This document shows, one piece after another, positions 1 through 9,570 of a stretch of 64,000 nt of DNA; position 1 is the first letter of the stretch, and every line of letters begins with the position of its first letter. Below the pieces are notes generated by a model. It saw only the letters and a list, made by a program, of their open reading frames with translations, searched no databases and was not told where the DNA came from. This stretch comes from a virus. Position numbers and translations under genes: made by a program. The DNA is taken from IMG/VR virus record IMGVR_UViG_3300022602_000029, positions 129,747 to 193,746 of that record. One strand, written 5' to 3'.

Positions 1-2
1 TA

Positions 3-299
3 ATGAAGATGGATGAGCAGTATGATTTCAAGTATTATCAAAACATATTTAATCCTGGAAGCTATGACAAATGTCAGCCTTGTGATCTTAAGCAGGTATG
101 TAACGCAGGATGTACCTACAGCCAAGTTATGAATGATAATAAACCTTTAGATTCAGTTTGTGAACTATTTCACATCTATTATGAACAGGCTATGAGAGTA
201 GTAGCCGCATGTAGGAATGAACCTATCTTCCAAGACCTAATATTACATTACATTGAAAACGTAGGTGTAGAATCAGAAGGTGTAGAATGCAGGAACTAA
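3..299 (+). CDS. C-terminal SPASM-like part of a probable radical SAM protein (gene likely begins upstream of the window)
   Basis: CQPCDLKQVCNAGC is a Cx2Cx5Cx3C SPASM-type cluster motif followed by ...SVCELF; the ORF abuts the window edge. Confidence 0.7.
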   Translation: MKMDEQYDFKYYQNIFNPGSYDKCQPCDLKQVCNAGCTYSQVMNDNKPLDSVCELFHIYYEQAMRVVAACRNEPIFQDLILHYIENVGVESEGVECRN

Positions 300-604
300 A
301 AAAGAAAACCTATCGCAGTTTGGCAAGTATTCCTGTCAAGGTAGAGATGCAGCCCGTTGAACATGCTACTGATCGTGTATTGACTACAGAAGAACTACAA
401 GAGCAGATAGAAGAAGCACGTAAAGGCAAGGCCAAGGTAGATAGTAAGTATGTAGGTTTCGAGTTAGATGAACGCGGACATCTATTTGAATATAAACTAG
501 ACTATGTTTCTTTTTTATCCGATATGAGTTATATCATCAAAGAAGCTAAAAAGAGACCAAAAGAAAACAGATACAAAAATACTCACGAGATGATTATACA
601 ATGA
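287..604 (+). CDS. hypothetical protein in radical SAM cluster
   Basis: 105-aa ORF overlapping both neighbours (ATGA coupling at 601); no recognised motif. Confidence 0.6.
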   Translation: MQELKKKTYRSLASIPVKVEMQPVEHATDRVLTTEELQEQIEEARKGKAKVDSKYVGFELDERGHLFEYKLDYVSFLSDMSYIIKEAKKRPKENRYKNTHEMIIQ

Positions 605-1494
605 TACCCATCATACAGGAAAATCCAGGATTAGGTTTCTATGTAGGAGATTCTACAGATAAACCCACACCTGTAGGGTCTGGTGTGAATGTAATCTATT
701 TTACGAATAAATGTAATCTGGCCTGTACCTACTGCTATGAAGATCTTCCAGGTCGTCCTCCGCAGATAATGACGCGAGAAGATATACGTAAATCAATAGA
801 TATGATATTATCCAGAGAGAATCCTGATAACCAGACCTTGATAGTATTATTTGGAGGAGAAGCTACTCTAGAATGGGAAAATGTCTGCTACTGCATGGAG
901 TATGCCTACAGTAAAAAGACTAACATACACTTTAATCTCACTACTAATGGTATAAAATATCTCAGTCAAAAGTTTATCGACGAAACTAAAACTAACTTTT
1001 TCTACAGTATGGGCCTATTAAGCATAGATATCAGCTTTGATGGTGTTGGTAATGGGGACAGAGTATTCCACAACGGATCGGATTCTACCCTTTCTATGAT
1101 CAGAGTTTTTGGAAATCTCTTGAAGAATAACGTGAAGTTTAGGATAAGATACACTATGCATCATAGAAATATCAATAATATCTATGAAGATATATCTATG
1201 ATCATCAATAAGTTCCGTCCTACGAGATTAATCACCAGTGTAGCCTGGGATACATTACAAGACGGTGATAGATCTAAACTAGAGTCAGCAAAAGAACTGT
1301 TCAGAAAAGACTGGATAAATAAAAAAATAACTATTCCTGTCTGCGAATTCTTTTGTGATATGTGTAGCGGATGCGGAGAGAGGAAAGAATTGAAAACATA
1401 CTACACAGATGAAGGTAACGTAACTACTTATGGTAACTATGAAAACGCTCCAAAGTTCCATGATTTTAAAGAAAAGGTAACAATATGTCAGTAA
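601..1494 (+). CDS. radical SAM protein (anaerobic sulfatase-maturase/peptide-maturase-like)
   Basis: CNLACTYC (CxxxCxxC, nt 712-735), FGGEA, TTNG, ISFDG; short C-terminal CEFFCDMCSGC cluster. Confidence 0.9.
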   Translation: MIPIIQENPGLGFYVGDSTDKPTPVGSGVNVIYFTNKCNLACTYCYEDLPGRPPQIMTREDIRKSIDMILSRENPDNQTLIVLFGGEATLEWENVCYCMEYAYSKKTNIHFNLTTNGIKYLSQKFIDETKTNFFYSMGLLSIDISFDGVGNGDRVFHNGSDSTLSMIRVFGNLLKNNVKFRIRYTMHHRNINNIYEDISMIINKFRPTRLITSVAWDTLQDGDRSKLESAKELFRKDWINKKITIPVCEFFCDMCSGCGERKELKTYYTDEGNVTTYGNYENAPKFHDFKEKVTICQ

Positions 1495-1859
1495 TCGAAA
1501 AAATGAACCAAATAGCGTCTCTGATAGGTGAGATCAAACAGGAAGATGAAAATGCTGGAAATCTTCTGGCAGAAGGGTTTCTTCTATCAGCTAAACTAAT
1601 GCAGGAGATAACAGAAGCTGGAAATAGAGACAAGATTGATATTTCAGAACATTTAGCGATGATCGGAAGAGTTTTTGGTTTCACCGTGGAAGACCTAGTA
1701 AAATTTGTATTACAGAATAACTTCCAAAGCGTCGAATCAGACAAAGAACCTGATCCGGCCACATTAGAATTTATAACCAGCGATCTAGACGACTATGAAA
1801 AATTCTTAGCACAGAATAAAGCAAAGGAAGACCTAGATTTCCTATCTAAGGAGATTTAA
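1485..1859 (+). CDS. hypothetical acidic helical protein
   Basis: 124-aa ORF coupled between the rSAM gene and the Cys-rich gene; supplies the AAGGAG RBS of the next gene. Confidence 0.65.
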   Translation: MSVIEKMNQIASLIGEIKQEDENAGNLLAEGFLLSAKLMQEITEAGNRDKIDISEHLAMIGRVFGFTVEDLVKFVLQNNFQSVESDKEPDPATLEFITSDLDDYEKFLAQNKAKEDLDFLSKEI

Positions 1860-1861
1860 AA

Positions 1862-2650
1862 ATGACCTATTGTTCTTGCCTAGCCTGCGGTTCAGTTTGC
1901 TGTAACGCCACTGGCGGGGGTACTTGTGGACCTCAAGGATGTTGTGCTTCCTACGCTACAGCCTCATTAAGTTATAGTACAGGTATATGTGGCGCCGGAA
2001 GTTGTTCCTACACACCTACTTCTCTATCAGGAGTGATCTGTGGAGCTTGTTTTTGCCAACTATTGACTAATGTCTGCTGTGAAATGTGTAGAAGGAATCG
2101 TAGTGCTCCTAGCGGATGGGGACAGAGTAATCCTATTAATCACTCTGATTTTAACAGTTTGGTAAACTATATCAACCAATCTAGTTGTTGGCCTGCCGCT
2201 TGCTATCAAAGCTATTGTAATGGTAGTACGACTCCATGTAGTCAATCTAGTGCTGGAGCTCCATCGGGGGTTCCCGCAAACGCTAACGCAGGAGATGTAA
2301 TTTATAGTAGCTGTATAAATGCCTTAGTCAGCGCCATAGTTACTGCTGGTAATGCCTGTACCTGTAACTGCAACTACTGTACATGTAACTGCAACTACTG
2401 TACCTGTAACTGTAACTATACATGTACCTGTAACTGTAACTACAGTGATATCAGATTGAAAAAGAATATCAAACTATTGAAAACTATTAAGGGTATAAAC
2501 ATCTACAGTTTTAACTATGAATGGGATGACACAGAACAGATAGGAGTGATGGCACAAGAATTATTAGAATCAGGACATGACTATGCTGTCACTACAGATT
2601 CGAATGGGTTTTATATGGTTGATTACAGCAAACTACCAGTGAAGATGTAA
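1862..2650 (+). CDS. Cys-rich virion/fibre-like protein with C-terminal peptidase S74 intramolecular chaperone
   Basis: 33 Cys in the first 194 aa; residue 195 begins SDIRLKKNI...GVMAQEL...VDYSKL, the S74 chaperone signature; strong RBS aaggag. Confidence 0.85.
   Translation: MTYCSCLACGSVCCNATGGGTCGPQGCCASYATASLSYSTGICGAGSCSYTPTSLSGVICGACFCQLLTNVCCEMCRRNRSAPSGWGQSNPINHSDFNSLVNYINQSSCWPAACYQSYCNGSTTPCSQSSAGAPSGVPANANAGDVIYSSCINALVSAIVTAGNACTCNCNYCTCNCNYCTCNCNYTCTCNCNYSDIRLKKNIKLLKTIKGINIYSFNYEWDDTEQIGVMAQELLESGHDYAVTTDSNGFYMVDYSKLPVKM
2357..2443 (+). repeat. 4 x 21-bp coding tandem repeat encoding CTCNCNY
   Basis: tgtacctgtaactgcaactac-type units at 2357, 2378, 2399 and 2423, with one extra Thr codon before unit 4; in frame, with synonymous variation. 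Confidence 0.97.
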
Positions 2651-2659
2651 GGAAGTAAA

Positions 2660-3058
2660 ATGGATTATAAAGAAGTAGAAGGAATAGATGCTAACACATA
2701 CGCAGGTAAAGCCGCTCAGGCCTGTAAGGTAAAAGCGAGAGGTATATTGGGAGATGATCTTTTAACTTTTAAACTTATTGATTTTGTATCATTTATTATG
2801 ATAAACAATCGGTTTTTAAATAAAGGGATTATCATAACTGATGAAAACAAAGAAGAAGGATATATCAAGATTATAGAAACAGGAGATGAATCTCTAATAT
2901 CCGATCTAGAAAAGTACCTAGATCTTAGGGATAGTATTAAGAGTATAGAAAATTCTAAGAATGAATACTCTGATATCATCAATAAACTTAAATCATTGCA
3001 GGATCATAATGATAGAGATTCAGTCAATGCTATAGTCGAAGAATATCTAAGACGATAA
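2660..3058 (+). CDS. hypothetical protein, possible partner/chaperone of the Cys-rich protein
   Basis: 132-aa helical ORF with RBS aaggaag directly after the Cys-rich gene; role inferred from position only. Confidence 0.6.
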   Translation: MDYKEVEGIDANTYAGKAAQACKVKARGILGDDLLTFKLIDFVSFIMINNRFLNKGIIITDENKEEGYIKIIETGDESLISDLEKYLDLRDSIKSIENSKNEYSDIINKLKSLQDHNDRDSVNAIVEEYLRR

Positions 3059-3074
3059 GTTATAGGAAAAATCA

Positions 3075-4082
3075 ATGTTAATAATAGTAAATACGATCGA
3101 TTCAATCAATAGAAATCTTATAGGATTACGACTATTAGAAACATTCAACGACTTTAAGATAGACAACTTGACTGTGAAGATTGAAGGAATGGCCAGCAGT
3201 TTAACTAACTATGTTCTATATAACGAACAAGGATCAATAGTATATCCTACAGAACCAGTTGATACAGATGCTTTGGAAAAACTTATATCTTTCCAAAACG
3301 ATAGACTGTCAATAACTAGATCAGACCTACTAATCAAATTAGATTTTGCTTCTGTTGAGCATGATTATGGAATATTAAATAATCCTATCATGGAAAATCT
3401 AGATCAACCGTTAAACACTTACGAAGCTCAGTTAGATGCTTATCGTAATGATAGCAATAGTTGCAGAGTGATCGTTGGTATTTTTGGAAAATGGTTCATA
3501 GACAAGATGAGACAAGATATAGGAGCCGATAAGGTCAAGGTCCTAAATATTGTCAGGAATCCATCTGTTTGTTTTGTCTTAAATCAGACTCAAAATAAAC
3601 AAAACGATCTATTTAAAGAATATAAACATTTAAGAAAATCAATATTAAATGCCGTAAGTTTATCTAGATTTGATGATATCACCACAGTCAAGTTTGAAGA
3701 TATGTTATCATCAGGATCGATAATCTTTGATGGTGTTACTATCACATTACCTGAATCGTATCAAAACCATAATAATCTGTTGACAGCATACGAATATCAT
3801 AATCTGATATCTAAAGCTACTGATCAAAATCTAGATCAGTTTAACCAAGAGTATTCAAACTACGAATTAGATCATTTTGTAGATATTACCGCAGAAGAAA
3901 AAACACAACAGACTCCGCCTCCAATCGGACTTTACGGATTTGTAAAAATTAAAGATCATATCACTTTTACAAATCAAAAACTTGGATTAAATATTGCCGA
4001 GGAGACATTGACTCCTTTAAGCATGAACATTTTTACATCTCTCGGATATAATCCGTTATCACTTTCTCAAATATCTAGTTGA
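3075..4082 (+). CDS. hypothetical protein, weak sulfotransferase-like motifs
   Basis: KVLNIVRNP and VKFEDML resemble sulfotransferase 3'-PB and downstream motifs; no clear 5'-PSB loop. Confidence 0.4.
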   Translation: MLIIVNTIDSINRNLIGLRLLETFNDFKIDNLTVKIEGMASSLTNYVLYNEQGSIVYPTEPVDTDALEKLISFQNDRLSITRSDLLIKLDFASVEHDYGILNNPIMENLDQPLNTYEAQLDAYRNDSNSCRVIVGIFGKWFIDKMRQDIGADKVKVLNIVRNPSVCFVLNQTQNKQNDLFKEYKHLRKSILNAVSLSRFDDITTVKFEDMLSSGSIIFDGVTITLPESYQNHNNLLTAYEYHNLISKATDQNLDQFNQEYSNYELDHFVDITAEEKTQQTPPPIGLYGFVKIKDHITFTNQKLGLNIAEETLTPLSMNIFTSLGYNPLSLSQISS

Positions 4083-5023
4083 GATTTAAAAATATCGAGC
4101 AGTACAAAATGTCTAAGATATTTAATCTCAAGCAATATGATCTAGTCTTCACTACTTCGTTTTATATCAAACACGGAGTGTCTGGACACATGTATGAGTT
4201 GATTGATTATTATTATATTTGTAAAAAGTCTGGAATCAACTGTGCTATCCTTTTAGCAGACGGCGTTGACAAACAAACATTTTTCAATGCGATCAAATAC
4301 AAATACAACTTTGACATAGATATCCTAAAGGATACACACCAATGTCATAACCCTAGAATTATTAGAACTAAGAATATCTGCATCGTAGATGGTTCCTGGA
4401 GAGTTAATGACTGTACAATATATGCAGACAACGCATTCTTATTAAGATGCTCAGAAGACGACTATACTTGGTTTGATACCAGTAAGTCAATTAAGCAAAC
4501 ACATCTTATGCAGGACTTTAAACTGTATCCAGAACGATACCGAGACTTAAACATTAAGGTTGTTGATTATGTTAAGAAAATACTTTGGAGCAAATATGTA
4601 CAGCCCAAACCGACTAATAACGATACCGGTTTGTTTTATCTAACAACTAACTGTAGAGCAATCCCTGCAGAAGAAGTTAAAGCTATTATGGATAAGGGTA
4701 TATGTACAAATTATATTATAGTCACTGACCGTCCTAATCTTTACCAACCTCTGTTGGCTGATAATGTATCTATAGCACAGGCTCCATTACAGAATATATT
4801 TGAACATTTTGACACCTACATATATACTAAGACAGAATTACAGTCTGATTGCAGTCCTAGGTTTATTGTTGAGTGTGCTATGTTTGGTAAAAACGTTGTT
4901 TACGAAATTGATTATCTATGCGCAGGTGTAGAACGTAGAAAACAGGACATAGATGCAGACTTATCAAGTTTAGAATTAACTACAGATGATTACTTTGTAG
5001 AATACGTAAAACAGTTTATATGA
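4079..5023 (+). CDS. putative GT-B-like glycosyltransferase (start TTG 4079 or ATG 4109)
   Basis: C-terminal DCSPRFIVECAMFGKNV resembles the GT-B nucleotide-binding segment; N-terminal HGVSGH loop. Confidence 0.45.
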   Translation: MRFKNIEQYKMSKIFNLKQYDLVFTTSFYIKHGVSGHMYELIDYYYICKKSGINCAILLADGVDKQTFFNAIKYKYNFDIDILKDTHQCHNPRIIRTKNICIVDGSWRVNDCTIYADNAFLLRCSEDDYTWFDTSKSIKQTHLMQDFKLYPERYRDLNIKVVDYVKKILWSKYVQPKPTNNDTGLFYLTTNCRAIPAEEVKAIMDKGICTNYIIVTDRPNLYQPLLADNVSIAQAPLQNIFEHFDTYIYTKTELQSDCSPRFIVECAMFGKNVVYEIDYLCAGVERRKQDIDADLSSLELTTDDYFVEYVKQFI

Positions 5024-6072
5024 TACCTATTAGAACAGAGTCCAATCATCTCGCTGAATTAAGTTCCGCAGGGCTAGAGCTTGATCTTATAACACAACCC
5101 TGTGTTCGTGCTAGATTAGATACAGGTACATTTTGTAATTACGACTGTGAGTTTTGTTACTACAGAGATAAACTAGATGTTAAGACAGAGTTTGATATTG
5201 TAAAAGAACGTGCAGACTATTTGCTTGCCTACGGTATCAAACAAGTAGACCTAAGTGGAGGAGAAAGCTCTGTAAGCCCTGATTGGTTTAAGATACTAGA
5301 CTATTGTAATGAACGCTTTGAACACGTTAGTTGCCTAAGTCACGGAGGTAGATTTGCCAATATTGAATTCCTACAGGAGTCAATGGAGCATGGACTAAAA
5401 GAAATCTTGTTTAGCCTACACGGAGCAACAGCAGAAACACATGATGCTATTACCAATCGTAAAGGATCCTTCAAACGTATCCTTCAAGCAATCAAGAATG
5501 CACAAGAGCTAGGATGTGTAGTACGAATTAACTGTACTGTCTATCACAAGAACTATCATCAACTGGTAAACATCTATGCTGACCTAATTAATGGAATCAA
5601 ACCTTTAGAAGTTAATTTTATTACATTAAACTATTGGGATGATGTTTACATTGATAATGTTACCTACAAAGATATGACTGACAACATTAAAAGTTGTATT
5701 GATATCTTAGACAAGGGTATGATCATCAATGTCCGTTATGTGCCTTATTGTTACATGAAAGGCTATGAGAAATATGTGTGTGATCAATATCAACACATAT
5801 ACGATATCTATGATTGGAATAAGGAAATGTATTCTAATGTGATTGATGTTAGTAAAACCTATACACAGGAACAAAAGATACAGTTTGCCTATGATGCTTG
5901 TAAGAAGTTTCGTGCTAGGTTTTATCGTAAACAAGTTGATTGCCTGAAGTGCAAACACTTCTATATTTGTGATGGTATTGAAAGAGAAATAGCTGACAAG
6001 AATCCTGTGTTTCCAGAAGCAGGAGATAAGATCAAACAGGTTAATTTTTATAGAGCAGTACATTTCAAATGA
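5020..6072 (+). CDS. radical SAM protein with C-terminal Cys cluster
   Basis: CNYDCEFC (nt 5134-5157), LSGGES, SLHG, C-terminal CLKCKHFYICDG. Confidence 0.9.
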   Translation: MIPIRTESNHLAELSSAGLELDLITQPCVRARLDTGTFCNYDCEFCYYRDKLDVKTEFDIVKERADYLLAYGIKQVDLSGGESSVSPDWFKILDYCNERFEHVSCLSHGGRFANIEFLQESMEHGLKEILFSLHGATAETHDAITNRKGSFKRILQAIKNAQELGCVVRINCTVYHKNYHQLVNIYADLINGIKPLEVNFITLNYWDDVYIDNVTYKDMTDNIKSCIDILDKGMIINVRYVPYCYMKGYEKYVCDQYQHIYDIYDWNKEMYSNVIDVSKTYTQEQKIQFAYDACKKFRARFYRKQVDCLKCKHFYICDGIEREIADKNPVFPEAGDKIKQVNFYRAVHFK

Positions 6073-6680
6073 AACTGTCTATATTAATTCTTACACACAA
6101 TCGTCCTAAATTATTCAAACGTTGTTTGGAAAGTGTTCTCACACAGATAACTCCAGAAGTTGAAGTGTTGGTTAATAATGACAGTTGCGATATTGAAGAG
6201 ATTGTTCATTCGCAGGTACAATATTTTTATAACAAGTTTGATAGCCTATGTGAGATATATCAATTCCTACTATCAAAGGCGCAGGGAACCTATGTGTACT
6301 ATTTAGAAGATGATGATTATCTTGTTACTGATTTTCTAGAACAAACATTAGATGCAGATTTGATTGTTGGTAATTACTGTCCTAAATATGCAACAGAAGA
6401 CATGCTGACTTTTATGACTATGTATAACAACAACAGAGTAACATCGGCTGAGTTTTTATCTAATCTTAATACAGAACATCTGCAACTATCGCAACACATA
6501 TACAAGCGTGAACATATAGTAGATTTTAATTTTCCAAATGACAGTAACGTACACAACGATATTAAACTAACAATACACGCGGCTAACAAAGCAAGGGCTA
6601 TTAGAACAGTAAACAAAGTGTTTTACTTTCAAACAATAGATGGTGGAGATAATATCTCTTTTCCTAAACATGAACTATAG
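6069..6680 (+). CDS. glycosyltransferase family 2-like (GT-A)
   Basis: LSILILTHNRP...CLESVL N-terminus, VNND, YYLEDDD acidic motif. Confidence 0.8.
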   Translation: MKLSILILTHNRPKLFKRCLESVLTQITPEVEVLVNNDSCDIEEIVHSQVQYFYNKFDSLCEIYQFLLSKAQGTYVYYLEDDDYLVTDFLEQTLDADLIVGNYCPKYATEDMLTFMTMYNNNRVTSAEFLSNLNTEHLQLSQHIYKREHIVDFNFPNDSNVHNDIKLTIHAANKARAIRTVNKVFYFQTIDGGDNISFPKHEL

Positions 6681-7572
6681 CAAGCAACATCACATCGACC
6701 AAGACCCTGATCATATCAACGTGCATTGGGATGTTCTTACGATCTGTCAGTTAAAGTGTAGCTATTGTTATGCTCGTAATGAGTATGGAAAGAAGTGGGG
6801 TAAGCTGGGCAGTCGTGAAATCGCCGACGGAGTATTAGAAGCACTGAACAGAAGTAGCTTACCATTTAACCTAGGATTGTTGGGCGGAGAGCCTACACTA
6901 AGCCCGCACTATTATTACATCTTAAATCGTATTAGTGAGATGGAAAAGTTTAATAAAGTTTATGTTGTAACTAATGGAGAAAAGGACTTTGCTACGCACC
7001 CAGACTATGAAAAGATTGCTTTCTTGTTTAGTTATCATCCTGCTGATTGTACAAATAGGGATCGGTTTGTTTCTAATGTAAAACTAATGAAGGATCGTGG
7101 CTATAAAGTTAAAGTTAACGTAATGTTACATCACGGCAAGCAGTATTGGCCATTGATCAAAGAAATGTTTGAAATATGCGATGCTATAGGTGTCAAAGCA
7201 CATCCACACTTTATATATGGTAAAAGTGTACACCAACTGTTTAACTATCGTAAAGCCTTTTGGGATTACTTTAGTTTCTTAAAAGAAAGAGACAGAGAAC
7301 TAGTCTATGGCGATGAACTTAAGAACGATTACGAAATCTTTAGCGAACGTCTAACAAACTTCGAAGGCTGGAGTTGTTACAACAACAACTATGAGCTAGA
7401 TGTCTACGGTCAAGTGATTAAGTTCTGCTTAGACAATGAGCGTAAGAGCCTTCTTGAGAATCCAGACTTCTTTAAAAACATAACCAAGACCGTACCTATG
7501 ACATGCCCTCACAAGGCCTGCAACTGTGATGGCTTACTCAAACAACTTAAGGTGAATCCAAATGCAAGTTGA
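6670..7572 (+). CDS. radical SAM protein with short C-terminal Cys-rich domain
   Basis: CQLKCSYC, LGGEPT, VTNG; C-terminal GWSC...FC...CPHKACNC; start moved to the coupled ATG at 6670. Confidence 0.88.
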   Translation: MNYSKQHHIDQDPDHINVHWDVLTICQLKCSYCYARNEYGKKWGKLGSREIADGVLEALNRSSLPFNLGLLGGEPTLSPHYYYILNRISEMEKFNKVYVVTNGEKDFATHPDYEKIAFLFSYHPADCTNRDRFVSNVKLMKDRGYKVKVNVMLHHGKQYWPLIKEMFEICDAIGVKAHPHFIYGKSVHQLFNYRKAFWDYFSFLKERDRELVYGDELKNDYEIFSERLTNFEGWSCYNNNYELDVYGQVIKFCLDNERKSLLENPDFFKNITKTVPMTCPHKACNCDGLLKQLKVNPNAS

Positions 7573-8308
7573 ATGGGAAGTCACAATGAAGTGTAACTAC
7601 AACTGTTACTATTGCTCTAACCTAGACAAGAGCATACACCATATCACTGATCACGAAGTCCTGCGCAACTTTATCAAAATTTTGGGAGAAACTTATCCAG
7701 GTGTGGAGATATTCCTGTTTGGAGGAGAGCCATTTGTGCATCCTGAAATAGGTTTCATCATTAAATGCTTTAACGAATTTAATATTCCATTTGTAATACA
7801 AACTAATCTAAGCAAATACAGTATTGAAGTTATGAAAACTATCGATTCTCCTTATATACTACAGGCTAGCATACATCCTACAGAAATATCACACCAAGAC
7901 CTCGAAGACATCCTTAAAGAAAATATCGTATGTAGAGTTGTTGATGTAATGTTCAGTGGCAAGGAAGCCTTGTGGTACTATTTTAAAGTAAAAGAAAGCA
8001 CAACTGGTAAAGTATATCTTACTCCAGTTACAGATTTTGGAGATGGCCGCAGTGATACCGCTTTACAGGAATACTTGAGTTTAAAAAATGATCCTAACTA
8101 TAATAAGATAATAAAATTTGAGGAAATAGAAAGGCTAGGCAAGCCTAGATCAGAACTGTGGGCTACAATATCCTTTAGTCCTAAAGGAAAGCCCTGTCTA
8201 TACAAAGACAAATACTTTCTGTACAGTCCACAACTAGAGATGTACAACTGTTGCTATAGAATTAAAACGGACGGCATCTGCCCAAAAAGCAAATGCTTCT
8301 TAATGTAA
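7562..8308 (+). CDS. compact radical SAM protein
   Basis: CNYNCYYC, FGGEPF, QTNL; C-terminal PCLY...NCCYR...CPKSKC. Confidence 0.88.
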   Translation: MQVEWEVTMKCNYNCYYCSNLDKSIHHITDHEVLRNFIKILGETYPGVEIFLFGGEPFVHPEIGFIIKCFNEFNIPFVIQTNLSKYSIEVMKTIDSPYILQASIHPTEISHQDLEDILKENIVCRVVDVMFSGKEALWYYFKVKESTTGKVYLTPVTDFGDGRSDTALQEYLSLKNDPNYNKIIKFEEIERLGKPRSELWATISFSPKGKPCLYKDKYFLYSPQLEMYNCCYRIKTDGICPKSKCFLM

Positions 8309-8748
8309 TGTTTAAGAATATATTTGACGGATACTCGGAAGCAATATCAAATGGCGCAGAAACTACGCTAGCATTCATATTGGATAACAAAAGAGCTATT
8401 GTTAATGAAGTAGGGTTTTTTGGATTTAAACAGTTTACCTTAAACTATCGTATATATTTTGATAACAAACGCAAAGACAGAATAATAAAAGACCTACACA
8501 AATATGTGTTAAGTAAAGAAGAGGAACATAAGAGCGACCTAGCAATAGGACATAATGCTATTACCAAACTACACTTGCCAAGAGAGTTAGAAATACAGAT
8601 TGTTGAATTTATGTTTGATCGTATGAAAGACACATATCTGGTAAAGTATAAACATCTTGAAAATTTACCTAACTCATTTGTTGTTAAAAAGCATTTAGTA
8701 ATAGATTATGTCTACACAAAGATTCTAAGAAAGAAGGAGATAAGATGA
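8308..8748 (+). CDS. hypothetical protein
   Basis: TAATG-coupled start at 8308; basic 146-aa ORF. Confidence 0.6.
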   Translation: MFKNIFDGYSEAISNGAETTLAFILDNKRAIVNEVGFFGFKQFTLNYRIYFDNKRKDRIIKDLHKYVLSKEEEHKSDLAIGHNAITKLHLPRELEIQIVEFMFDRMKDTYLVKYKHLENLPNSFVVKKHLVIDYVYTKILRKKEIR

Positions 8749-9557
8749 GATACTTAATTGCCGGAGCATTTAGCAAGTCAATTCCTATAATCAAGTTCCT
8801 TGGACAGCGTATTGTAGACAGCACACAGTTAGTTGTCTATGACGGAATCAATAAATGTCGTTGGAATGGAGGACGCATTAATAGAGATGTTTATTACAAA
8901 GACTCTCTTATCGACTATTATTACAGTAAAGGTATTAGTATCGCATTAACATTTAGTAATCATAAGATTAACATTGATGATCCTTTAGGTAATGAGTTAT
9001 TGAAAAAGTTTCATAGGAAAGGCAATGCGCTTATTATCATCAATGATGATCTGCGTAGACATGTGCGTGAGAACTTTCCTAAGTACGATTTAATCTACAG
9101 CATTACAGGTATGGGCTTACTCAATATTCCATTGCAGGATGAAGATATTGCTTTTTATAAACAACTTGAACAAGATTATGACTGGATAGTTCCTCGATTT
9201 GAGCATATATTTGATCCTCGATCCTCTGAGCTTGACAAAACCAAATGGGAAGTTATGTTAAACGATACATGTGTTTATGGGTGTAAACATTGGGACGAAC
9301 ATTTTAAGGCTATCGCAGATGAAAACACTGCTGGCCGTCCTTACAGCAAAGAAGTAGAAGAGTGTTGGTTACCAAAGTTTGATTTTAACAAAGACAGCAA
9401 ATATGAATGCATGGATATCAAACCAGAGGCCATGCGCAAGTTACTAGAATCTGGAGTCAAAAGTTTCAAGATTACAGGTAGGGAAATGACTGATGAGGAA
9501 TACTATGGTGAGTTGACTAGATTTGTAGATCGAAGCTTGACGGCACTAAAGGAATAA
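8745..9557 (+). CDS. U32-family (UbiU/UbiV/TrhP-like) protein
   Basis: WNGGRINR, LNDTCVYGC, later Cys residues (ECW, ECM) and FKITGRE, resembling the U32 K-x-x-G-R motif. Confidence 0.65.
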   Translation: MRYLIAGAFSKSIPIIKFLGQRIVDSTQLVVYDGINKCRWNGGRINRDVYYKDSLIDYYYSKGISIALTFSNHKINIDDPLGNELLKKFHRKGNALIIINDDLRRHVRENFPKYDLIYSITGMGLLNIPLQDEDIAFYKQLEQDYDWIVPRFEHIFDPRSSELDKTKWEVMLNDTCVYGCKHWDEHFKAIADENTAGRPYSKEVEECWLPKFDFNKDSKYECMDIKPEAMRKLLESGVKSFKITGREMTDEEYYGELTRFVDRSLTALKE

Positions 9558-9570
9558 GATATAATAACAT

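Noticed and set aside
2357-2443. Tandem repeat as a CRISPR array
   Set aside because: Units abut with no spacers, keep the reading frame and vary at synonymous sites; no CRISPR array was seen anywhere in the window.
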